Positions 48,820 to 60,220 of a stretch of 64,000 nt of DNA are shown piece by piece. This DNA is from Takakia lepidozioides (Eukaryota; Plantae; Bryophyta): assembly GCA_030704615.1 (NCBI GenBank), contig CM060731.1:39308001-39372000 (forward strand), given 5' to 3'. Both the position numbers and the translations under genes were made by a program. Position 1 is the first letter of the stretch. Every line of letters starts with the position of its first letter. Under the pieces are notes generated by a model. The model was not told where the DNA came from. It made no database searches and was given only the letters and a program-made list of their open reading frames with translations.

Positions 48820-51800
48820 CAACCACGGGACGCGTCCTCTACCTCTAAGCCCACTGGACTTAAGGTTGTAGTTACGGAGGACAATTGGGAGCCTGACATT
48901 GGACCCATTGTCACCGGAGGAGAGAGACGACGTATACGGCGGTTCCTGAGGGCTTACAGGAATTGCTTTGCCTTCAGTTTGAAGGACTTGGGAGCACTGA
49001 AGGGTCAAGAGATCCGTATTGAGTTGGCCACTGACACGCCAATCTTTCGGAGACCCTATAGATACAGTGACATGGAGAGGTCTTTGATTCAGATGAGGAC
49101 TCAAGATCTCTGGAGGCAGGTTTGGTGGAGCTCTCTGGTGGAGAGTATGCTTCAGCCACAGTGATGCCAGCCCAAGAGGATGTCTATGGCAATTGGACGG
49201 AGAGACGTATGTGCGGTGATTACCGGCCTGTAAATCGTCAGACCAAGTCCGATAAGTATGCCATGCCAACACCAGAGGAGATCTTTGATGCCATCGGGCA
49301 TGCTAAGGCCTTTAGCACTTTGGATTTACGATCCGGATATCACCAGTTGCCAATCAAGGAGGCGGACAAGCAGAAGACGGCATTCTGGGGGATCAATGAG
49401 CACGGCAAGGATTGCCTATATCAGTGGCGGTTCTTACCATTTGGGCTTAAGAATGCTCCTGCAGAGTTTCAGAGAGTCATGGATAGGATTCTAGCAGGGG
49501 TGGACTTTGCTCGGTGCTACATAGATGACATCATCATCTTTAGTGTTACGATGGAGGAGCATGAGAGACACCTTCAGGTGGTATTGGAGCGCTTGAGAGC
49601 GCACGGATTGAAGTTGCATCCGGGGAAGTGCAAGTTTTTCCACAACCAGATTGAGTATCTGGGTCACATGATATATCCTGGAGGATTGGGGGTACAGCAG
49701 ACTAAGGTAGAGGCCATTGCACAAATTCCAGGCCCCACGGATGTGAGCCGAGTTCGAGCTTTCATGGGGTTGGCAAACTATTATAGACGGTTTGTCAAGG
49801 GATTTAGTACCATTGCAAAGGCTCTAACCAAGCTGACCAAGGTGGACCAGGAGTGGCAGTGGGAAGATGAGCAGGAACGAGCTTTTCAAGAGCTCAAGGC
49901 GAGGTTGACCTCGGCGCCTATCTTGAGACGACCTATCAGGGGGCGTCCCTTTCAGCTGCATACGGATTGGAGCATGCTGGGGCTTGGAGCGGTGCTCACA
50001 CAGGTGGATGATGAGGGAAGAGAGTTCGTAGTGGCTTACGCTAGCCGCTCGAACAACGCTGCAGAGGCTAAGTACAGCTCATATGAGGGAGAGTGCTTAG
50101 CTGCAGTGTGGGCCGTGGCACACTTCAGGTGCTATCTATACGGCAATCTTTTCACCCTTGTCACGGATCACCAGCCACTCAAGTGGTTGATGGAGTCAGA
50201 CAAGCTTACGGGGAAGCTTGCACGGTGGGCACTTATACTCCAGGAGTATGACTTTCAGGTTGTGCATCGACCGGGTTTGGTCAATCGGGATGCGGATGGA
50301 TTGAGTCGCAATCCATGCATGAGCCAGCAGGATGACACTGGAGCTCGGTGGCATGGTGAGACGGACGAGGAGATGGTGCCGGGATGGCACGCATCTGCAT
50401 TTTTGTGTATCTTGGCATCGGGAGGTCAGATTGGACCTACAACAGGGATGACTGTAGACGGAGTGTCTGAGGACCCTGAGGCTAGTGATGAGCTAGGTGG
50501 TGCCAGAGATATACATGAGGATTTGGCTGTGTTGGACTACCTCCGCACGGGAGACACGGCAGCCATTGTGACTGCCAGGGAGAGGGATCGGATCCTGCAA
50601 CGAGCCAAGAGGTTCAAGTGGGAGGGGATACACCTACTTCGAGTGTGGGAGGATGGTCGGGTGAGGATTGTGCCTCACCCCACACAGCGTGCACGGTTAG
50701 TGCGGCATGCCCATGAGGAGTTGGGGCATTTTGGAGTGCGACGCACTCACAGTTTACTGCAGGGGCAGTATTGGTGGCGTGGTATGCATACAGAGGTGCA
50801 ACAGTTTGTGGCTAGGTGCATGGTGTGTGACAGGGTGCGTGCTTCATTCAACGCCCCTACACCACAGTTGCATCCTTTACCTATCATGGGATTGGGCTAC
50901 AGGTGGAGTCTTGACTTCGCAGGACCGTTGCCACTGACTATGCGCCACCACAGATATGTGTTGGTGATGGTGGAGCACTTCTCCAAGTGGATTGAGTTGG
51001 TTCCATTGCCTGACAAGGCTAGTGAGGGGGCTGCGTATGCATTCTTGGATCGTGTGCTTAGCCGATTTGGTGCTCCAGCTGAGGTACTCACGGACCAAGG
51101 GAGAGAGTTCTTGGGGGAGTTTCAGGCTTTGTGTGATAAAGCCTTGATAGACCACCGCACCACTTCTCGGGATCATCCTGAGGCCGATGGCTTAGCAGAG
51201 AGAGTTGTTCAGACGGTGAAGAGGGGTTTGCGCAAGTATGGCTTGCAAAGGGACACCTAGGAGATTGGGATCTTCAGGTTCCTTGGTTAGCCATGGGCTA
51301 CAGATTCAGCAAACAAGCATCACTTGCCTCCTTCTCACCATATTTCCTTCTCTTTGGCCGAGAGCCGGATTTGCCTGCAGCCATTCGTAGGGACACTGCT
51401 CAAGTCCTTAACCTTGACGATCCGGACGTGTGGGTACGTGCATGTGATCAGCGTGCAGAGTTGTTCAAGAAAGTCATGCCCATGGCTTTTGAGAACCTTG
51501 CCATTGCACAGCACCGTGATACGTTGAGGTATGCCACTATACGTGGTGGAGGATATCGTCCTGGGGTTCGGAGGTTTAGCCCTGGTGACTATGTTTATTT
51601 GCAGCAGACTGCTCCTATGACTCTGGATGTTACTGCAGGGCGTGTTATTCTGAGGGTTCGAGAGGTGTTGCCCTCAGGGGTCCTGATCTTGGAGGGTCGG
51701 GATGGCATGACTTGGAAGGACCATGTGCGTAATTGTGCGCCATGTCACCTTCCCAATGTCGATGGCAGAGTTGACCCAAACTTGGCAGTGGTACCTGCAG

Positions 51801-51952
51801 GTTTGAGGTGCATGCTCTGTGGGTCTGCCAAAGGGGCAGCCACCATGCTAGTGTGTGATCGATGCTCAAGGGGTTGGCATATGGGATGCTTGACACCACC
51901 TCTTGAGAAGGTTCCTGACGGAGATTGGTTGTGTCCACACTGCTTGGGATAG
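48820..51952 (+). CDS. RT-RNase H-integrase-PHD finger
   Basis: LPFGLKNAP, YIDD, HTDWS, TDHQPL, HHCC, DDE core (SLDF, TDQG, AER), C4HC3 PHD at 51809-51943; two single-base frameshifts (about 49110 and 51248). Confidence 0.92.
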
Positions 51953-52201
51953 TGGCAGTGGACATGACTGGAGGCAGCTAACAAGACATGGGAGGCCAAG
52001 CTCATAGGAGTCAATACATGAGATCCCAAGCTCAAGTTCACAGGTTGCAAGACGGCGACTAACGATGGGGCAACTCTTGCACCCGGCCTCTTGATCTATC
52101 GAGTTTGAGTGTAGTAGGGATAGTGGTGGAGGACTTAGTGAGGCTATGGTCACTATCACATCTTGTGGCTACCTGGACTTAGAGGGACCTAAGCACCAGC
52201 T

Positions 52202-52210
52202 AGGGGGGCG
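52202..52210 (+). promoter_or_regulatory. Polypurine tract
   Basis: AGGGGGGCG, then AT, then the TG start of repeat B. Confidence 0.75.
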
Positions 52211-52212
52211 AT

Positions 52213-52906
52213 TGTGTGGACTAGTGACTGCCATAGTGGGCAGAGTAGTGGCAGCCTAGTGACTGACTAGTTGTAGCCTAGTGGTTGGACTAGTGGTAGA
52301 CTAGTGGTATACTAGTGTGTGGTGTGCACATGTGTTGTGTGGTTTTGGACAGCGATGTAGTTGTGTAGCGATATGTATGCGCACGACAGCTGTCAAGTTA
52401 TTTTACCACTAGTGTGAAACTAGCTAGGAAATAGCTAGCTTTTACATATTGACATTTGGGATTGGCCCAAGTGTCAATCCAGGGGTCAAGGCAGATTTAG
52501 GCCCTGGAGTGGTTATCTTCACGGCAAGCGCGGGAGGCTCATCTTTCTCGAGTTGAGCCTCACCGCGCCTAGCTATGGCGCCGTAGTGTGGATTCCCCAT
52601 GGCGTGGGGTGCACTTGGCTTGACTTGTATTTGAGTGATGAGGTTATATATGCATGAGTTTATGCTTCAGCTTTGTGAGCTCGCATGAGCTTGTGCTTGT
52701 ATTCTTCTTCTTTATCATTGTGTGGACTAGTGACTGCCATAGTGGGCAGCGTAGTGGCAGCCTAGTGACTGACTAGTTGTAGCCTAGTGGTTGGACTAGT
52801 GGCTGGACTAGTGGTAGACTAGTGGTATACTAGTGTGTGGTGTGCACATGTGTTGTGTGGTTTTGGACAGCGATGTAGTTGTGTAGCGATATGTATGCGC
52901 ACGACA
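52213..52906 (+). repeat. B-GC-A-T-B terminal repeat block
   Basis: B 52213-52388 (176 bp), GC, A 52391-52717, T, B' 52719-52906 (188 bp; one SNP and one extra 12-bp unit). Confidence 0.93.
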
Positions 52907-55710
52907 GAGATGTGGTGTCGTAGAGTGCGATGCTTGCAGGGTATGCACAACAGGGATGTGGGATGGAGGCTTTGGAGACCTATGAGCAAATGATGGGGGA
53001 AGGGGTTCAGCCCGGCCACATCATGTTTGTGTGCATTGTAGGCCTTGCAGCCCTGGAGAAGGGCAAAGAGGTGCATGGGGATATCATCAAAGCTAGAATT
53101 GTACCTAATGTCATTCTAAACACTGCCCTGGCAGCTTTGGAAAGGGGGAAAGAGGTCCATGGTGACATCTTCAGAGCTGGAATTGTACCAAATGTCATTC
53201 TAAACAATACCCTAGTGGACATGTATGCAAAATGTGGGTGCATCGAGGATGCAAAAGGAGTGTTCAACACTATGGCTGAACGAGATGTGGTGTCGTGGAG
53301 TGCGATGCTTGCAGGGTATGCACAGCAGGGACGTGGGATGGAGGCTTTGGAGACCTATGAGCAAATGATGGGGGAAGGGGTTCAGCCCCACCACATCATG
53401 TTTGTGTGCATTGCAGGCCTGGCAGCACTAGAGAAGGTGCATGGGGATATCATCAAAGCTGGAATTGTACCTAATGTCATTCTAAACAATGCCTTGGCAG
53501 CTTTGGAAATGGGGAAGGAGGTCCATGATGACATCTTTAGAGCTGGAATTGTACCAAATGTCATTCTAAACAACAGTATGGCTGAACGAGATGTGGTGTC
53601 GTGGAGTGCGATGCTTGCAGGGTATGCACAACAGGGACGTGGGATGGAGGCTTTGGAGACCTATAAGCAAATGATGCGGGAAGGGGTTCAGCCCGGCCAC
53701 ATCATGTTTGTGTGCATTGCAGGCCTGGCAACCCTGATTTAAATCAGGCACCTCAACCATGACCACAGCTTCTAAAAGAGGGAGAGAGAGTCCATAATGC
53801 CTGTTCTGGCTCTTCTGGGCATGTGAAGATTCTTTGTGAGGCAGGCAGACTGAAAGAGGCTCTACAACCTTTAAACCAAGGAGCATTTCAGCAGATTCAG
53901 ATACATGTATGTCTATCTCTTGCTTAAGTGCATCAAAATGAAGGGTCTGGAAGCTGGAAATCAGATTCACGCCAAGTGTTTTTCTCCTCAACACCCTTGT
54001 GAACGTGTATGTTAAGTGCAGGAGCATCATGAATGCACACCAAGTGTTCAACGGACTTTGATCACGTTGAATATAATGTTGGCAGGATTTAACATGGATG
54101 TGGTAGGAATGCTTTGGAGACCTACGAGCAAATGTTGCGCGAAGGGCCAATGAAGCCCAACCACATCACCTTTGTTGGTGTTTGCAATGCGTGTGCAAGC
54201 CTGGGAGCCCTGGAAAAGGGGAAAGAGGTCCATGCTGACATCGTCAAAGCTGGAATTGTACCAGATGTCATCCTAAACTGATAGGTTTGCCAAATGTGGG
54301 TGCATTCAGGATGTGAAGGGTGAAAGCATGAAAGAGATAGACCAAAATACTGTCACAAATGGATTTTGACAGACTGTGGTCTTCAAAGTACTCTAGTGCA
54401 TTCTTATCTTACATTGAACTTCCTTGAAAATGACATGGGAAGAAAGATGATGTTGTAAGGAAAACAAAACACTTTCAATCTGCAAACGGGTATGTTTTGA
54501 TGGTACCTGTGAAGTATTGTGCGAGGCGGTCGTAGATGTAGCACGCTACATCCTCGAACATGAAAAGCCAAAAGTACCCCTAAAACGTACCAATTGCACG
54601 CATGAATTTTTTTCATGCATGCTTGAATACCTGCAAAATAGTCTCAGAAGGAGCCGTCGAGTACCTGCTATGTATGAAAGGTCTAATGATTTTTGTATAT
54701 GCAACTACTAATTTATAAAGGCCATGGATTTAAGTACCTGAGAATGTTATTATTTAAGAGTGACTCCTGAAGAAGATGTGTTCCAAACCACAGTACCTAG
54801 TGCTACGTGCAATTGAAACCTCCAAACAATGGTGAAATTTTGAACTAGATTGTTTTCGCCGGCAGGTTTATTTCCATTTTTTTTAATTTTCTTATTTTTT
54901 TCGTTTAATCTTGGACTGTTGGATGCGGGACTCGGACTTATGGCACGATTGTGTTTTGCCATTATTTTTATATTATCATCTACCACCACTACACTACGCC
55001 ACAAAACTACTCCCAAGTACCCATTATCCGCCAGTTTTGGCCTACCTCTATCATGCTTACACCCTGAAGGGAGTATTCCACACTCTGGCTGAACGAGATG
55101 TGGTGTCGTGGAATGCGATGCTTGCAGGGTATGCACAGCAGGGGCACGGGATGGAGGCTTTGGAGACCTATGAGCAAATGATGTGGGAAGGGTGAAGCCC
55201 GACCACATCAAGTTTGTGTGCGTTTGCAGTGCGTGTGCAAGCCTGGCAGCCCTGGAAAAAGCAAAGAGGTGCATGGTTGCATCGCCAAAGCTAGAATTGT
55301 ACCAGATGCGATTCCCTGTGGAAGAAAAACTTGCATGGATAGATGGTCAACTAAAGGCTGCAGCTGCAGCGGCACAGTTTATAAAACCAGGCACCTCAAC
55401 CATGACCACAGCTTCTTAAAGATGATCAAGAGAGGGAGTCCACAATGCCTCTTCTGGCTGCACTTCTAGGCATGTGAAGATGCTTTGTGGCAGGCAGACT
55501 GACAGAGGCTCTACAGACTTTAGACCAATGAGGCATTTCAGCAGATTCAGGTACGTATGTCTGTCTCTTGCTTAAGTGCATCAAGATGGAAGGTCTGGAA
55601 GCTGGAAAGCAGATGCACACTCACATTATCCAAAGTGGATTCACGCCAAATATTTTTCTACTCAACACCTTAAGTGCAGGAGCATCATGGATGCATACCA
55701 AGTGTTTAAC
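52907..55710 (+). pseudogene. Tandemly shuffled PLS-class PPR fragments
   Basis: Repeated DVVSWSAMLAGYAQQG/GKEVH motifs; TAG at 52921; duplicated N-terminal LCEAGRL piece (about 53745-54050 and 55390-55705). Confidence 0.85.
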
Positions 55711-55718
55711 GTTTTATT

Positions 55719-56675
55719 ATGGCAATGCCTTCTTGGCTTCTACCCCGTTACAGTTTTACTTGGAAGAGACAGATTTTTGAGCCAATGTATAAAATAAGAG
55801 CAACTGTCACAGATGCATTGCTCTCGGGTTACAACAAACTTCTGGAGGCCAAATTGTTTAAGGCTATCGCACCTGAGTTTGTAATCTGTGTTCCTTTCCA
55901 GTGGCATGTCATGCGTACCAATGGTAACGATCTGCAGACGCTATTCGGGTTGGTGCAAGAATGGTACACTCAGGACGCCCGAGGGATGGTGTTCACAGAG
56001 AATCGAGATCTTGTGGACGTGGTTGTCATCCCTATTGTCTTCAAGTAAGTAATTTGAGCGTTGACTAATCATGTTGGGTTACACTCCTCTGTTCTACACT
56101 GAGTTGCACTAGTTTGGAGTTGCACTACTGACTAGTTGTGTTACACCGTTTAGAGTTACATAACAAAGGGTTACACTACTGGGTTACACCACAATGGGTT
56201 TCATTGGAGAGTTTTTTTTTCTATTCTGACGTTACGGCTTTGTTTGTGTTACAGTGATCACTAGAGTGTTGTTGTTTTAGAGCGTCGAGGTCGGATAGTA
56301 CATTTGGACTCCCATAAAACCATGGCCCGACCCAAACTCATTGAAGGAATTTTGCAAAATTTTGCCATAACGTTCTTTGATTGCATGCCTGGATCTAATG
56401 ACTTCAGTTACGTCATGGAGAGGATGGAATGGTTTGAGGCCAGTGTCCCCCAGCAACGGAGCTGTTGGGAGTGCGGCTATTACGCACTTTGTTTTGTGCA
56501 ATTTTACTTGGAGTGGAAGTTCAATGTGAAAACCACAGAAGATCGAACCCATCATAGGCGGGCGTTTACTGCAAGTTGGTTCGACGAGTCAACCATGATA
56601 GCTTCCCATACTCATATGATTAGTTGGCTGTGCGACGAGATAGACAAAGACTTGGTCAAATGGCCAAAGAAATAA
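55719..56675 (+). pseudogene. Ulp1-like (C48) SUMO protease, transposon-type
   Basis: Splicing intron 56045-56254 gives VVIPIVFNDH*SVVVL..HLDS..VPQQRSCWECGYYAL (His-Asp-Gln-Cys); TAG at 56262 where Trp is expected. Confidence 0.8.
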
Positions 56676-56699
56676 ATAGCGTCTCTTGATGCATTTTTT

Positions 56700-58000
56700 G
56701 CTTCTATGTGGTTTGTTCGTAACACTTCACAGTTTGGGTTTCATGAAATGGGCTTACATGGGGTTACACCTTATTGGGTTACATGAAGTGGAGTCATAGA
56801 CAAGTACTTGGGTACACCTTGGGGCCCTGGGGCCCTGGGGCAATGGGCTTACACTCTGTGGGTTCACACATAAGTGATGGGTTACACCGTGCCGGGTCTC
56901 ACAATGTGGGGTTACACTTATGGGTTACATGCAATGGGCCTCTCAGGGTTACATGGTTGGGCCTTCCTGGCTATGTCAGGGTCACGTAGATGAAACAGTA
57001 TAGTTTCGTGGCATGTAACCCCACCTCGACTATGCGCACTTGTTTTTTTTTTTCTTTGTTTTTTCGCACTGAAGTTTTTGTGCACTGAAGTTCTTGGAGT
57101 TATACTACATGGGGTTACATACATGAGGGCTATGTACAATGGGTTACATACGATGGGGTCACAATAGTGGGGGTAACATCTGGTCGGGCTACATACTTCT
57201 TGGAGTTACAACACTCTGGGTTACACTCACTCAAGAGGGTTACACAATTCTTAGTTACACTGTGCACAGTGACAGTGGGCAGGGTTGCCTATACAAGGGC
57301 TACGTGTCGTGGGGATACATAAGATGGGGTGATGTAGCATCGGGGTTTACAACATGCACCCAAATTGTACAATGGGTTACATGCGATGGGGTGACAACAG
57401 TGGGGGTTACATGTGGTCGGGATACATACTTCTTGGGGTTACACAACAACAAGTTACACTCCGGAGGGCTACACTGGTCCATAACATAGGTTGAACGGAA
57501 TGATTATCTATCTCATGGATTACACGTCCATGGGTTACATATACAGGGTGGGTTACACACAAATTGGGTTACACATAGAGGGGTTACACATACAAGGTGG
57601 GATACACCTAAATTGGTTACACATAGAGGGGTTACACATATATGGGTTACACATGCAGGGTGGGTTACACATAGAGGGGTTGCACATACAAGGGCTAGTG
57701 TTGGCGACTAAAGGTGCTCGACTTCAGCGTCTTCCCACTCTGTATTGAAGGGTCGTGTAACCGCGACATACTAACCCAGACCCTGTAGTCACACTGTAGC
57801 CATCGACTTATAATTCTCAGAGTTACACCACTGACAACAATATTCTATGGGGTTACATACTGGGTTACACTGTTGATAGTTACATTGGAGTTACACCACA
57901 ACTGAAGAGGGTCACACTATGTTACGTTATGGAACCCCAGATGGTGTAACCCTACGTTGTGTCACCCCGGCCCATGGGTGTCCCATTGAGTGGGTTACAT
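56700..58000 (-). repeat. Dispersed GGGTTACA array (reverse orientation of 38570-40150)
   Basis: Many GGGTTACA(C/T) motifs; also present in the Ulp1 intron at about 56075-56190. Confidence 0.9.
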
Positions 58001-58111
58001 AGGTTGAATGTGGATGGAATGGCAAAGTGAATAACAACCCATGAACAGACATGTACTTCATATTAAACCTGGTGATCACAAAATAAGTGTCATTGCCAAT
58101 GGACTCCATGG

Positions 58112-59272
58112 TCACTTACTATGGAGTCGGTCTACAAAATCTATTTTCCTGGCAAGGGACATGTTGTTTCCATCATCATTTTTTATGAATGGAACTGCCT
58201 GAAGAGGGTGCAACAGACCTTTGTCGATTCTGACTTGTAAAGTGGACAACCTCCCACGAACACAACGAAGCTCAGCAAGCAGATGTTTGCGCATTGTTTC
58301 ACTCTCATTGCCAAGAAGCGACAGGGACTTCATCTCAGATTCAATTGATGAAACATCCGACGGCTCCTGCGGACCACGCTGGGATGATGCTAAGCACTCC
58401 GTAGGCTCTGCTAGATTCACAACTTCCTCCTCTGCATCAATATCTGGAAGTTCCGATTTCATCAACATGTCAAGACCTCCATGAATGGTCCCGAGCTTTG
58501 TGCCACAGAGCTTCACAATAAGCCCTTCCTTCAGATTTGGCTTCATCAAATGAAGAATGCGGATTTGATGTTTGCACAAGTTACCCTTCAAAGCCCATGA
58601 ACAATCACAACAAACCAAGGTGGTTGCAGGTGCATAGATTGTGTAGCTTCGACCGGCCGTTTGAACACTATCCACAATCGCCGGATGACCAGGAACAGTG
58701 GGCAAATGAACATTGACGTCAGGGATCTCCCTCGCAGTCCAAACAACATTGCTGATAAATTCCTCCTGTCGTACATTCTTTTTGAAGCCTTTCGATTTCA
58801 AGTTATCTCTATACCAATAGTGGGTTAGAACAGGACCCACGAGTTTGCTGATCAGCCAATCAATTTTACTGCCATCAAGCCTTTGCTTTCCCGAGCGTAA
58901 ACGAGCCTTCAAATTTCCGTGCCAAGATTCAATTGCGGCATTAGTATCCTGACTTGCATGGGGAATATTACGAGCCCTCGTGATCCACATGCTCAGTTTT
59001 GGGACCCATTCCATTCTGATGTAATGTAGGAAGTCACGCGCAAGTAGATAGGAATAATGCAAATCTTCCAGTCGCTCCAACGCCCACTCTTCTGGGGTGA
59101 CTCCCACACAGGCGTTAATGCCGTACATTACGTCGCCAAGCTGTTTCAAAACAGCATTGCGAGTGTATGGATCGGGCATCTTACGCCACGAATGTTTCAG
59201 CCAAGCGCGGCGAACATGCCAAAAGCATAGAAATATCGCTACGTCCCCAAACGATTCCCTGCACGCACGCAC
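58112..59272 (-). pseudogene. Mutator-like (MULE) transposase, 5'-truncated
   Basis: CFWHVRRAW, TNAAIESWH (catalytic Glu region), SWIM finger CDC...CKH. Confidence 0.88.
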
Positions 59273-60220
59273 ATCAAGAGGTAGCCTATACTATATGCGC
59301 ACACAAATGCATGCATATGGAGGAATGTATGCGTGCATACAAATTTTAGATATGCATAGGAACAATTTTATATGCACAACACTTAAATAAGGGTACCAAA
59401 AATAAAAATAAAAATTGTGATTCATCTAATCTTAGGGTCCATAGTCAAAATATCAAAGGACGGAATAAGAATATTCTATATAAAATATTCCATATTCATT
59501 GTATTATTATTCCACATGGGTGAGTGTAGGAATGGGAGAGGAACATGTTGCTTTTATGGCTTTCCAACATGAGAAAAAAGGTCAAAAAAATTAAAAAGTG
59601 ACGAGGCACGGCTCCTTGTTAGATACAAATGGTGAAGGTACGGGCTCTTCCAATGGTGGGAGTCTAGTTTGAAGTTCAGAATGGAGCAATGCTAAGGGAA
59701 TGCTAGGGAGCTTGACAATGCTAGGGAGCTTGTTACATAGGTTTTGCAGTATCTATATATCTATCTTCTGAAACATTTTTATTTTACAAAAACATAATGT
59801 CCATCAGAGATAGAACCCACAACCTATCGGGTATCAAGCCTAGTTCATACCACTACACTACCCATTCAGACTTGAAACACTAATGAAATGAAACACTAAT
59901 GAGATAAAGATAGTCACCCTGTGTGTACATAACATGCCACAATACTCATAAGGGTTGATCTTACTAATGATGAAATTTGATAGTGCTGAAGTGCATGTCG
60001 AACTTGCATTCAGGTAAAGGGATCTATGAAATGCAGTAGAGATCTATGTACAAACTATTACATAGATAAATCAAATGACATGAAGATAACATGAAATCTG
60101 ATTTCAACTTGCCCCATTTGTTTTACCTTACACTAGAGAGAAATACATGTATCATAAAAAATAACAAAAAATTCGGACTGACAATGAGGACAATGTATTG
60201 TATATGTAATTTCTAATTAC

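Larger units (their letters stand above)
41741..52906 (+). mobile_element. Ty3/gypsy-type retrotransposon carrying a C5 DNA methyltransferase and a PHD finger, with split terminal repeats
   Basis: TGTC...GACA termini; 4-bp TSD GAGA (41737-41740, 52907-52910); repeats A 41741-42067 and 52391-52717, B 52213-52388 and 52719-52906; PR-RT-RH-IN order. Confidence 0.93.

Noticed and set aside
41741-52906. DIRS/Ngaro identity suggested by the split repeats
   Set aside because: No tyrosine recombinase seen; it has an aspartic protease, DDE integrase, PPT and TSD.
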